From NCBI GenBank assembly GCA_963797555.1, contig CAWCPV010000009.1, forward strand, positions 256,001-320,000: a DNA stretch of 64,000 nucleotides. The letters are read 5' to 3'. Made by a program: the position numbers and the translations under genes. The DNA is from an uncultured Gammaproteobacteria bacterium. GTDB lineage: Bacteria; Pseudomonadota; Gammaproteobacteria; CAWCPV01. This document shows positions 21,008 to 30,746 of the stretch, piece after piece (the first letter of the stretch is position 1; each line of letters opens with the position of its first letter). Under the pieces are notes generated by a model. That model saw only the letters and a list, made by a program, of their open reading frames with translations. It did not search any database and was not told the origin of the DNA.

Positions 21008-21606
21008 GGCTGGGCGGCCGCCCGTTCTACGTTGGTCACCAGCTCCATGGCCTCAGCGCGCAGGCTGTACTTGATGAGCGCCGGCCCGATCAGGGGCGGT
21101 ACCCAAAAACCCGGCGTCAAATCGCCCTGGAACACCACGCGGGTTTCGGTCCCCTCCGGCAGGATACGCCAGTGCATGTAACCGTGCCGCAGGTCGCTTT
21201 CCTCCGGAACCACCTTAGCGATGATGTCGCCCGGCGTCTCTTCCCGGACCTGCTGGACGTGCACGACCGTTTTGCAGAACACCAGAACACAGGGTCGGCT
21301 CACCACGCGCATGCGCAGCGTGCCGCGGTCGGGGCTGGGGAGCAGGACGATCTCCTCGATATGCGGATTGAACCTCGGCAGTCCGGGGTAGTCGGTGAGC
21401 AGGGCGTGGACCCTGGCGTAGGGCGCGGCGATGAGGGCATCGAAGCTCATGTCATAGTTGCCGTGGCTCTCCACGACTCGGGCTTCCAGCACCGTTGCCG
21501 CGAGCGCGCCGACGCCGAGTGCAGAGCACGCCAGGGCGGAGACTAAAGTGGAGACGAAAAGAGTTCGTCCAGCGCACGGCCCTGGCGCCTCGCGGGCCGA
21601 GGTCAC
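21004..21606 (-). CDS. Exported SRPBCC/START-like protein
   Basis: Signal-like segment, VHALLTDY...PGFWVPPLIGP. Translationally coupled between asmA and mutY. Confidence 0.65.
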   Translation of the reverse strand: MTSAREAPGPCAGRTLFVSTLVSALACSALGVGALAATVLEARVVESHGNYDMSFDALIAAPYARVHALLTDYPGLPRFNPHIEEIVLLPSPDRGTLRMRVVSRPCVLVFCKTVVHVQQVREETPGDIIAKVVPEESDLRHGYMHWRILPEGTETRVVFQGDLTPGFWVPPLIGPALIKYSLRAEAMELVTNVERAAAQP

Positions 21607-23733
21607 GGTCCGAAGAGGTGAGGAAGCTGATCCGACAGACCCGGGAGCTTTTGTTTCAGCTTCTCCTCCAGCTTCTTCTCGAGTTTACCCTTCTCCTGGT
21701 CGATCTTGGCTTTGGCCCTCTCTCCCAAGAGCGCCTGTAGGTCTAAGCTGAAGCCAGGCTCGAGCAGCGAGCCCCGGACCTTGACCGGGATCGTGAGGCC
21801 CTTCAAGTCTTCTAGGCCCTTGCCGCTCTGGCCTTCCAAGGTTGCCACGATGGATGCCTTGAGCTCGTAGTCCACCGTCTCGCCGACCAGATCGGCCTCG
21901 CCTGCCCCGGCGATCCGCAGCAGCGGAGACTTCAGGACCAGGTCGTGGTTACGTGCGTGCCCGCCTTCGAACTGGAGTGTCCCGGAGAGCTCCGCGAAAT
22001 CGGTCTGATTCGGCGCCGTGGAGGGTGGCAGGGCCTTGCCGTCGATCCGGGCCTTCGCGCGGCGGATCAGCTCCGCAATGTTGATGCCCTTCACGGCGCC
22101 GTCATGGAAGGAGAACGCAAGGTTGCCGTCCAGCGTCCGGCGCATGGCCTGTTCGGTGTTCCCGGATGCAGTGAATTTGGCTTGTATTCCGCCGCTTCCC
22201 GAGAGCCAGTCCCGGCCTTGGAGACTCTTCAGGAGGGGCTCGATCTGGATGCCGGAGAGGGATTCGTCCATGGCCACTCGGGGCTCGGCCCCGCGGGCGT
22301 CGACGCGGATATCGCCCTGGTACCGGCCCTGGTAAAGCTTAGCGTCCGCAGGGTGTAGCCGCAACTGCCCCCCCCGGCCATCGAGCTGCAGGTGTACGTC
22401 CTGGAGCTGCAGGTTGGATACCTTTAGGCGGCCCACTCGCAGTTGCCCCTGTAGATTGAGGCTGCGCAGGAGGCCTACAGGTAACAGGGCAGCCGCCCCC
22501 GCAACCGGCGCGGGGCGCGCCCGGGCCGACGATGCACGGTCCGGTGTCCCGTCGGTTCGGGGTGGAAGATAACGATCCAAATCAATCCCGTCGATCTCCA
22601 ACTCGAACGTGACGGCCGGGTGGGCCAGGTCGCGCACCTGAACCGTCCCTTGCAGCGACGTGTCGTCCAGTCGGACCGTCAATGGGGCGAGGCTCACGGA
22701 CGAGGGCGTTGCGTCCACGGTCAGCTTGGCTGATGCGTGCTTGAGAACCGCGGGATCGGCAGTGGGAGGGGCGGGCACACGGAGGGCATCGAGGGTCTTG
22801 CGAGGGTCGAAGGGGGCGAGCACCAGAGTGCCTGTCACGTGGGGCGTGGTCAGCACTTGCTTGGCCTGGAGGTTGCCGCTCGCGGTCAGGCCCCAAAGCC
22901 CCACCTGGAGGTGACTGAGGTCGGCCGTCTGGCGCTGTGTGTCAGCGGCCACATCCGCCGCGAGAAGCATGTCCAGACCTTTCCCCGGCAGCGTTGGGCT
23001 CTGAAGCTGGGTCTGCAGCTTGAAATCATCCAGGCGGTACCGGCCGGTGTCTGGCGACATCATCACCCGACTCGCGATGCTGAATGTGCCCTCCGCGGCG
23101 GGGCGGGAGGCTCTTCAGCCGGCCGTTGAGTTGGAACTCGAACGGATGTCCGGCGACAAGGGGGGTGCTGCGGACGTCAACGCCATCCAGCAGGACTGAA
23201 GTATCGTCGCGGTGATCCCGCCAGCGGATGTGCGCGTCCCGCACGTCCACGCCGGCAACGCTGAAGGCGGCCAGCCCGCGCCCAAGCTCCGTGGTCCCGA
23301 CGCCCTCGGCCTTATCGGCGCCCCCTTTTTTGCCAGCCAGGTCCTGCCAGTTGGCTCGGCCTGAGCGCCCGATCTCCAGGTCCAAGCTGAGACCCCGCAG
23401 AGTGATCGTGTCCATGACCACCTTCCGCCTCAGTAACGGGAGGAGCTGAACCTTGACGGCGGCCGAGTCGACACGCGCGAATGGCTCCGGCCCGAAGCCC
23501 GGGGCGTTGCTGAGCGCCATGTGGCCCAGGGTGACTCCGAGCCAGGGAAACACGGAGAGCTGGATGTTGCCCTCGAGGGTCAGCTCACGCCCGGTCTTTT
23601 CCTTGACCAAACCGGCAATTTGACCTTTATAATCGTTCGGGTTAAAGAAGAGCACCACGGCCGCCGCGGCGGACACTAACAGGGCAACGAGCAGGCCTAG
23701 AAACCAGGCGAGGAGCTTCACGATCTTGGGCAT
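21603..23733 (-). CDS. asmA: AsmA-family protein, frameshifted near 23100
   Basis: FNPNDYKGQIAGLVKEKTGRELTLEG...SVFPWLG. IDLDRYLPP, DGAVKGINIA, TDFAELSG, SPLLRIAG. Confidence 0.88.
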
Positions 23734-23871
23734 GGTGGCGGTCTCGTGGGGGTCGCCGCCATGATACAACGCAGGAGTCAGAATTGAAGCCCGCGGCACG
23801 AGGGCTGCGGGACGGTGCGGTCGGGCGCAAGGCAGAGCTTGCGGATCCAGAGCAAGGGAAGGGTTGACCAC

Positions 23872-24369
23872 ATGACAGACTACTGCGTAGTCGTGACGGA
23901 CGGGGCGCGCGCACGGCTTTTTACGCTGGAGCCGGCCGACTTACCGGAGATCGAGTCGAGCCCGAAGCTGGTGGAGCGTGAGGCGCTGGTGAACCCGGAG
24001 AGGGATCTGCCGGATCGCGAACTGTTCTCCAGCAGCAAGGCCGGCCGCAATCGGGCGCCCCAGGGCGGGCCCGCCCACGGATATGACGACCATCGTTCAC
24101 AGCACGACGATGAGTTCGAGCGCCGCTTTGCGCGAACCGTTGCGGGGCATACCGTTCGCATGGCCCATGACAGCCGGGTGCGCTACGTGGTACTGGCGGC
24201 TCAGCCACGCATGCTGGGATTCTTGCGCCAAGAGATCGGACAGCTAGTCAAGAATGGGTTCGAGGTGCGCGAGCTGGCGAAGGACCTGAGCAAGCTGCCG
24301 CCCGGTCAAGTGCACGAACACTTGGCCACGGAGCGCCTGTTGCCTCCGTGCAAGAAGGCTGGTCGCTGA
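23872..24369 (+). CDS. Host attachment protein (baeRF12-like)
   Basis: CVVVTDGARARLF...FERRFARTVA...VVLAAQPRMLGFLR...ELAKDL. Confidence 0.8.
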   Translation: MTDYCVVVTDGARARLFTLEPADLPEIESSPKLVEREALVNPERDLPDRELFSSSKAGRNRAPQGGPAHGYDDHRSQHDDEFERRFARTVAGHTVRMAHDSRVRYVVLAAQPRMLGFLRQEIGQLVKNGFEVRELAKDLSKLPPGQVHEHLATERLLPPCKKAGR

Positions 24370-24378
24370 GCGAGCCAG

Positions 24379-25007
24379 ATGCCCCGGCACGCTGCTCGAC
24401 TTCTGGTGCTCCTCGCGGTCGCCGGCTCCGCTTGGAGCCAGTCGGCGGGCGCAGACATCTACACTTTTACGGACGCCCGCGGCGTGGTGAACTTCAGCGA
24501 CCGGCCGCTCGGGCCGGGATACAAGCTCTACCGACATTCCTCATTGGCTCACCTTCGAGTGCGTGGCTTCAGGCGGGCCCGCAGCCTCGCCGGCGGCTCA
24601 CTGGTCGCCCGCCGAAAACGCTATGCGGCTCTCGTGGAGGCCACGGCGCGGCGCTTTGATTTGGATAGCGCCCTCCTGCACGCCATCATCACCGCGGAGT
24701 CCGGCTATAACCCTGGGGCGGTGTCAGACAAGGGTGCCCTCGGGCTCATGCAGCTCATGCCCGGCACGGCCCAGCGATACGGTGTCTACGACACCCAAGA
24801 CCCGGCCGACAACCTCGAGGGGGAGCGCGATACTTGCGCGACCTGCTGCACATGTTCGACGACGATGTGCGGCTTGCGGTAGCCGCGTATAACGCTGGCG
24901 AGAACGCCGTGTTGACGCATGGCAACAGCGTCCCCCCCTACGAGGAGACGCAACGGTATGTGAGTAGGGTCCTGGACTACTACCGCCGCTATCGGGACAT
25001 CAACTGA
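24379..25007 (+). CDS. DUF4124 + lytic transglycosylase (SLT), frameshifted near 24820
   Basis: [39 protein letters not shown]. Second frame GARYLRDLL...AAYNAGE...ETQRYV ends TGA 25007. Confidence 0.88.
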
Positions 25008-25222
25008 GAGCTTGTGAATAAATCTACTGCGCGTCCCGATAGCCGCGTTGCGCGGTGTTCATGGCGTACCTCCTGTACGCCACCCCTTCGGGGCGTCCCG
25101 CGGACGTGCCGAATGGCTGTCCTGCCATTCGGTCGCTCCTCGCCTATCTACTTGATATGTCTCGTCGCTGCGCTCCGTGCGCCTCGCTCTCGGGCCGCTC
25201 GCGACGATTTCTTCACAAGCTC
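25008..25222. mobile_element. MITE copy 1 (TGA-flanked, nested hairpin insert)
   Basis: TIR GAGCTTGTGAA(T/G)AAATC. TGA on both sides (25005-07, 25223-25). Near-identical to 53076-53291. Confidence 0.85.
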
Positions 25223-25225
25223 TGA

Positions 25226-25435
25226 GAGCTTGTAAATGAACCTGCTGCGCGTCCCGACAGCGGCGTTGCGCGGTGGTCATGGTGTACCTCCCTGTACGCC
25301 ACCCCTTTGGGGCGTCCCTAGGACGTGCCGAATGGCTATCGTGCCATTCAGTCGCTCCTCGCCCAATCTATGTCTCGTCTCTGCGCCCCGTGCGCTTTGC
25401 TCGCGGGCCGCTCGGGGCAATGTTTTCACAGGCTC
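25226..25435. mobile_element. MITE copy 2 (diverged, tandem)
   Basis: Same architecture, GAGCTTGTAAA...TTCACAGGCTC, followed by TGA at 25436-38. Confidence 0.8.
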
Positions 25436-25447
25436 TGAGAGCGGCCG

Positions 25448-25474
25448 GAACTTTTCGTCGGCGGTGCAGTCTAT
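25448..25474 (+). promoter_or_regulatory. Putative sigmaE (RpoE/AlgU) promoter
   Basis: GAACTT-N16-TCTAT, close to the GAACTT-N16/17-TCTRA consensus. Confidence 0.65.
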
Positions 25475-25478
25475 TTAA

Positions 25479-25597
25479 TCGTGCGTCACCCCTGACGCAC
25501 TCCCGCTTCCCCTCCCTGAGCGGGAAACCCCTACCCGGCATCCCCAAGCCGGGAAATGTTGGGCCCCGGTTACCCCCTATCCGGGGCCTTCTTTTTT
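25479..25597 (+). ncRNA. Candidate sRNA with four C-rich-loop hairpins and a U-tail terminator
   Basis: Hairpins at 25481-500, 25501-25, 25534-53 and 25562-88, each with a CCCC-containing loop, then TTCTTTTTT. Located at the engB locus. Confidence 0.65.
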
Positions 25598-26209
25598 GGT
25601 GCACTGCGCCACCTCGGGCTCGGCCCAAGCCTCGATGAAGCTGCGTGCGTCATCGGTGCCCTGGTGCGTGCGCGCTGAGAACAGCTGGACGGTTACCGCC
25701 AATCCACGCTCAGCGAGCCAGTCCCGCGCCTCTTGCAGGATCCTGAGCGACTCGCCCCGACCCAGCTTGTCGGCCTTATTGAGCAGCACGTGTATCGGGA
25801 TGCCCATGTCCCGGCACAGCCAGAGCAACTGGTGGTCCCCCGGCGATAAGGCGTGACGGATATCCGTTACAAGCAGCAGGGCGCGCAATGAACGTCGTCT
25901 CGTCAGATACCGCGCCAGCGTCGCCTGCCACTGCTGCACCATGTCGTGCGGCGCCTTGGCATAGCCATAACCGGGAAGGTCCACCAGCCTGCGGCCGTCT
26001 CCGAGGTCGAAGAAGTTTAGCTGTCTGGTGCAGCCGGGCGTCTTGCTGGTCCGGGCGAGCTTGCGCAGCCCGAGGATGGCGTTGACGGCGCTCGACTTGC
26101 CTGCGTTGGATCGGCCAGCAACGGCCACCTCTACACCGCGGTCGGGAGGGCCATGGTGTAGACTAGGTGCCCCCTTGAGGAACCGTGCACCGGGAAACGG
26201 ATGTGACAT
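25577..26209 (-). CDS. engB: Ribosome biogenesis GTPase YihA/EngB
   Basis: [29 protein letters not shown]. Confidence 0.96.
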   Translation of the reverse strand: MSHPFPGARFLKGAPSLHHGPPDRGVEVAVAGRSNAGKSSAVNAILGLRKLARTSKTPGCTRQLNFFDLGDGRRLVDLPGYGYAKAPHDMVQQWQATLARYLTRRRSLRALLLVTDIRHALSPGDHQLLWLCRDMGIPIHVLLNKADKLGRGESLRILQEARDWLAERGLAVTVQLFSARTHQGTDDARSFIEAWAEPEVAQCTKKEGPG

Positions 26210-26365
26210 CGCGCCATCATAGCCCGGCGCGCCTCGCCGCCCAAGTTAACACGGGTGGGGCGTAATGATATATTAAGCGCGCCTTTAAATTCTGAAGAAC
26301 CCGCAACCGGACCGAGCGGTCTTGTGGCGTCTGTACTTCGGACTACGACGAAAGGAGAACTGTGC

Positions 26366-26677
26366 ATGAAGAGGTTTGCCCTTGTTGCCGTGTGCGGGCT
26401 GTTGGGAACGTCTGCAGCAGTCCATGCCGCCGGCGATGCCGCAGCCGGCAAAGAAAAATCCGCCCTTTGTGCGGGCTGCCACGGAGCCGACGGTAACGCT
26501 GTGGTGCCCATGTACCCGAGGTTGGCGGGACAGCACGAGCAGTACCTGGTGAGCTCGCTCAAGGCCTATAAGGACGGGAGCCGCAACAACCCGATCATGA
26601 AGCCCATGGCTGCGCCGCTCAGCGACCAAGACATCGAGAACCTGGCCGCCTATTTTGCCAGCCAGGCATGCAAGTAA
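26366..26677 (+). CDS. Monoheme cytochrome c (c4/c553-like)
   Basis: Signal peptide, CAGCH, YPRLAGQ, LAAYF. AAGGAG SD. Confidence 0.92.
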   Translation: MKRFALVAVCGLLGTSAAVHAAGDAAAGKEKSALCAGCHGADGNAVVPMYPRLAGQHEQYLVSSLKAYKDGSRNNPIMKPMAAPLSDQDIENLAAYFASQACK

Positions 26678-26690
26678 CGGGAAGCGCTTT

Positions 26691-27293
26691 ATGTGGATGA
26701 GCGTGCTCACTGCCTGTGCGGTCCTCGGGATGGTGGGGCCGGCTCAGGCGGACGGAGACCCGCAAGCGGGTATGGCCAAGGCCGCTGCCTGTGCCGCGTG
26801 TCATGGCGCCGACGGCAACAGCGTGGCGCCGAACTTCCCCAATCTGGCGGGGCAGAATCCCGCGTACACCGTGAAGCAACTGCGCGATTACAAGTCCGGG
26901 GCGCGCAGGAGCGACATCATGGGCGGTATGGTGACCCCCCTCAGCGACCGGGACATGGAAGATTTGGCGGCTTATTTTTCTGGTCAGCCGCTCAAGATCG
27001 GAGTCACAAGCGAGAAGTCGCTGAGTGCGGGGCAGCGTTTGTACCGAGGGGGCGACCGCGCGACGGGTGCGCCCGCTTGCATGGCATGCCATAGTCCGAG
27101 CGGGGCGGGCGACGATGCGGCGAGGTTTCCTCGGCTGTCGGGGCAGCACGCGGATTATGTCCTGACTCAGCTCAAGGCTTTCCGTGACGGCGTGCGCGCC
27201 AATGATCCGAATCAGATGATGCGCGCTATCGCCACCCGAATGACGATTGACGAGATGCAGGCCGTCGCCCAGTACATGGTCGGGCTTCACTAG
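26691..27293 (+). CDS. Diheme cytochrome c4
   Basis: CAACH and CMACH, PNLAGQ/PRLSGQ. Divergent from engB and upstream of dsbA. Confidence 0.93.
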   Translation: MWMSVLTACAVLGMVGPAQADGDPQAGMAKAAACAACHGADGNSVAPNFPNLAGQNPAYTVKQLRDYKSGARRSDIMGGMVTPLSDRDMEDLAAYFSGQPLKIGVTSEKSLSAGQRLYRGGDRATGAPACMACHSPSGAGDDAARFPRLSGQHADYVLTQLKAFRDGVRANDPNQMMRAIATRMTIDEMQAVAQYMVGLH

Positions 27294-27324
27294 CCGACGG
27301 GGTCACCCGACGGGATGTCAGCAG

Positions 27325-27353
27325 AGGGCGGCTTGGAGCCGCCCTACTTTTTT
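27325..27353 (+). terminator. Rho-independent terminator
   Basis: AGGGCGGC-TTGGA-GCCGCCCT then ACTTTTTT. Confidence 0.75.
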
Positions 27354-27406
27354 CGGGTACACTTGCCTCCTGCGGTCGACGGCCGCACAGCCTGCGAGGA
27401 GTTTCA

Positions 27407-28084
27407 ATGCCTAGCGTCCGGGTTTGGTGGATGTCGCTGTTTTTGGTGATGGGCGCCGCCGCGGCGGAGAGCGCTGCGTCGACGGACTTCACGGAAGGGA
27501 TCGAGTACCAGCGGGTCGTTCCCACTCAGCCTACCGAGACGGGCAAGAGGATCGAGGTAGTCGAGCTGTTCTGGTACGGGTGTCCGCACTGCTACCACTT
27601 CGAGCCGGAGCTGGATGAGTGGGTGAAGCACAAGCCGGAAAACGTCACGTTCCGGCGCATGCCCGCTGTCTTCATCAACCCCCGCTGGGAACTCGATGCC
27701 CGGGCCTATTACACGGCGGAGGCCCTGGGGGTGCTGGACAAGATGCATGCGGCACTTTTCGACGCCATCCACAAGGAGCACCGCAAGCTCGGTACCGAGG
27801 CGGAATTGATGGCTTTCTTCGCCGAGCACGGTGTCGGCAACGAGGATTTTCAGCGCACCTTCCACTCCTTTTACGTGGACACCAAGGTGCGCCAGGCCAA
27901 GATGATGACGCAGCTTTACGGCGTGGACGGGGTGCCCACCATGGTCGTCAACGGCAAGTACCGGACCGAAGCGAGCCTGGCGGGCAGCGAGGCGAACATG
28001 CTGCGCGTGGTCGACTTCCTGATCGCCAAGGAAACCGCCGCTGCTACTGCATCCGCGTCTCCCGCGGCGGGCGCCGGCCACTGA
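27407..28084 (+). CDS. dsbA: Thiol:disulfide interchange protein
   Basis: FWYGCPHC, GVPTMVVNGKY. Confidence 0.95.
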   Translation: MPSVRVWWMSLFLVMGAAAAESAASTDFTEGIEYQRVVPTQPTETGKRIEVVELFWYGCPHCYHFEPELDEWVKHKPENVTFRRMPAVFINPRWELDARAYYTAEALGVLDKMHAALFDAIHKEHRKLGTEAELMAFFAEHGVGNEDFQRTFHSFYVDTKVRQAKMMTQLYGVDGVPTMVVNGKYRTEASLAGSEANMLRVVDFLIAKETAAATASASPAAGAGH

Positions 28085-28097
28085 CGGACTGGCCGTC

Positions 28098-29729
28098 TTG
28101 AGGGCTGCCCAGCTCTTCGTCAGGTGCCTGGAGAATGAAGGCGTCGAGTACATCTTCGGCATTCCGGGCGAAGAGAACCTGGACGTCATGGATGCCCTGT
28201 TGGACTCCAGCATCCGATTCGTGACCACTCGTCACGAGCAGGGGGCGGCGTTCATGGCGGATCTCTACGGGCGGCTCACGGGGCGCGCCGGGGTCTGCCT
28301 GTCCACGCTGGGGCCCGGCGCGACGAACCTGCTGACCGGCGTCGCCGACGCCAACATGGATCACGCCCCGGTGGTCGCCATCGCCGGACAGGCGGCCACC
28401 ACCCGCCTGCACAAGGAGTCCCACCAAGTGCTGGACCTGGTGAACCTGTTCCAGCCCGTAACGAAGTACGCTACTCGGATTCTCGAGCCGGAGATCATCT
28501 CGGAGGTCGTGCGCAAGGCGTTCAAGCTCGCGCAAGAGGAAAAGATGGGGGCGTGTTTCATCGAATTTCCTGAGAACATCGCCGAGTTGGAGATCAGCGA
28601 CACCCCCTTGCGTTCTTTTCCGCCGGTGACCCCGGAACCGGCGACGCAATGCTTGCACGCAGCCGCCGAGATCATCTCGCGGGCGCGCAATCCCATCATC
28701 CTGGCCGGAAACGGCGTGATTCGGGCCGGTGCCTGGCTGCAGCTCGCCGACTTCGCGTCCCTTCTCAACATCCCCTTGGCGAACACCTTCATGGCCAAGG
28801 GCGCCATCCCTTTCCGCCACCCCATGGCGTTGGGGAGCGTGGGACTTCAGGCCAGGGATTACGTGAACTGCGGGTTCGATCGGGCCGACCTGATCATCTG
28901 CGTGGGGTACGACCTGGTCGAATATCCCCCCCAACTGTGGCATCCGTCTCGGGACCGACAGATCGTCCATATCGACACGCTGGCAGCCGAGGTCGATGCC
29001 AGCTACGAACCGAGCATCAGCGTGGTTGGAGATATCAAGCACAGCCTCATCCGGCTGGGGGAGCTGGCGACGCCCCAGCAGGGGCACAAGATGCGTCCGC
29101 TGCGCGAGGCGCTCATCCAGGAGATGAACCAGCACAGCCGCGACGAAAGCTTCCCGGTGAAGCCCCAGAAGATCATCTGGGACCTGCGCACGGCCATGGA
29201 GTTGGAAGACATCGTCATCTGCGACGTGGGAGCGCACAAGCTGTGGATGGCCCGCATGTTCCGTTGCGAATACCCCAACACGTGTATCATTTCCAACGGG
29301 TTCGCCAGCATGGGCATCGCGCTGCCGGGAGCGATTGCGGCCAAGCTGGCCCGGCCCAATCAGGCCGTCGTGGCGGTGACCGGCGACGGCGGCTTTCTGA
29401 TGAACGTCCAGGAGCTGGAAACGGCAGTACGGCTCAAGCTCGCTCTGGTGGTGCTGGTGTGGAACGACGGTGGCTACGGGATGATCGCGTGGAAACAGGC
29501 GAATCTGTTCGGGCGGACCTCCCACGTCAGTTTCGCCAACCCGGATTTCATACGTCTGGCAGAGTCCTTCGGTGCTCGCGGCTACCGGGTGGCGTGCGTT
29601 GCCGATCTCTTGCCGGTGTTGAGGCAAGCCCTTGCGGAAGACGCCGTAAGCGTCATCGACTGCCCGGTCGACTACAGCGAGAACTTCAAGCTCACCGCCA
29701 AGCTGGGGGAGATGATATGCCCGCTGTGA
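28098..29729 (+). CDS. Acetolactate synthase large subunit-like TPP enzyme
   Basis: IFGIPGEEN, RHEQGAAFMA, TLGPGATN, GDGGFLMN TPP motif. Confidence 0.93.
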   Translation: MRAAQLFVRCLENEGVEYIFGIPGEENLDVMDALLDSSIRFVTTRHEQGAAFMADLYGRLTGRAGVCLSTLGPGATNLLTGVADANMDHAPVVAIAGQAATTRLHKESHQVLDLVNLFQPVTKYATRILEPEIISEVVRKAFKLAQEEKMGACFIEFPENIAELEISDTPLRSFPPVTPEPATQCLHAAAEIISRARNPIILAGNGVIRAGAWLQLADFASLLNIPLANTFMAKGAIPFRHPMALGSVGLQARDYVNCGFDRADLIICVGYDLVEYPPQLWHPSRDRQIVHIDTLAAEVDASYEPSISVVGDIKHSLIRLGELATPQQGHKMRPLREALIQEMNQHSRDESFPVKPQKIIWDLRTAMELEDIVICDVGAHKLWMARMFRCEYPNTCIISNGFASMGIALPGAIAAKLARPNQAVVAVTGDGGFLMNVQELETAVRLKLALVVLVWNDGGYGMIAWKQANLFGRTSHVSFANPDFIRLAESFGARGYRVACVADLLPVLRQALAEDAVSVIDCPVDYSENFKLTAKLGEMICPL

Positions 29730-30577
29730 GGTCGGCCGCCGAGCGCGCGACCTCTTCGGCCGGCCGTGTCGGGCCCGGGCGTCGGCTGCGGCTCCTGAGC
29801 TACAACGTACAGGCTGGGATCGCGACGCGCCGGTTTCGGGAGTACCTGACGCAGGGCTGGAAACACGTTCTGCCCCATCCCGAGAGCCTGGACAATCTGG
29901 AACGTATTGCGGGCGTGGTGCGCGATTTCAACGTCGTGGGCCTGCAGGAGGTTGACGCGGGGAGTCTCAGGAGCGGGTTCATCAACCAGACCGAGTACCT
30001 CGCGCAGCACGCGGATTTCCCGTATTGGTTTCACCAGACCAACCGCGACCTCGGGAGGCTTGGGCAGCCCAGTAACGGGTTGCTGAGCCGCTTCCGGCCC
30101 GCGGCGGTGGTGGAGCACAAGCTGCCGGGACGGATCCCAGGTCGGGGCGCGCTCCTGGTCCGCTTTGGCCGTGCGGACCATGCCCTGATCCTGCTGATCC
30201 TGCACCTGTCGCTGGGGCGCCGGTCACGGCTAGAGCAGATCGACTACCTCCGCGACCTCTTGACGGGGTACGAGAACGTCGTCGTGCTTGGGGACCTGAA
30301 TTGCACGGCGCAAAGCGGTGAAATGCGCCGCCTAGTGGAAGGGGGGGCGCTTCGACAGCCTGCAGAGGACGTCAAGACCTTTCCGAGCTGGCGCCCCTCT
30401 GTCGGGTTGGATCACATCCTCGTAACACAGTCCATCCAGGTCGGCAAGGTGACTGCCCTGGACTACGGTTATTCGGATCACCTCCCTGTCGCCATGGAGG
30501 TGGTTTTGCCACCAGGCGTTGGCCCGGGAGCCTCGCGTATTTCCGTCCCCACTCTAGAAAGCTTGAAATCCACCTAA
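29717..30577 (+). CDS. Endonuclease/exonuclease/phosphatase (EEP) family protein
   Basis: LSYNVQ, GLQEVD, GDLN, LDHIL, SDHLP. Confidence 0.9.
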   Translation: MPAVRSAAERATSSAGRVGPGRRLRLLSYNVQAGIATRRFREYLTQGWKHVLPHPESLDNLERIAGVVRDFNVVGLQEVDAGSLRSGFINQTEYLAQHADFPYWFHQTNRDLGRLGQPSNGLLSRFRPAAVVEHKLPGRIPGRGALLVRFGRADHALILLILHLSLGRRSRLEQIDYLRDLLTGYENVVVLGDLNCTAQSGEMRRLVEGGALRQPAEDVKTFPSWRPSVGLDHILVTQSIQVGKVTALDYGYSDHLPVAMEVVLPPGVGPGASRISVPTLESLKST

Positions 30578-30746
30578 GCTTAAACTACATTGCTGGCAGA
30601 TCTTCAAGTCGTTTGTCAGCGGGCACGGGTGTGTTGTGTCATAGCAACGGCTGATTGAGCGGGGCAAGCAACCAAGAACGACCCCCCGGCCCACGGCGAA
30701 AAAGCGGATGTCCGGGCGTTTGGGTCGACAAGGAGGGGAGAACGTG

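Noticed and set aside
23794-23808. Sigma54-like CGGCACGAGGGCTGC upstream of the host attachment gene
   Set aside because: Spacing is right but it has mismatches at both elements. Plausible by chance at this GC content.
28649-29716. N-terminal half of the 642-aa ORF (apparent long overlap with acetolactate synthase)
   Set aside because: Off-frame shadow of a GC-rich gene. The EEP domain starts at ATG 29717 with an SD. The same applies to the 48378-49406 extension of gspM.
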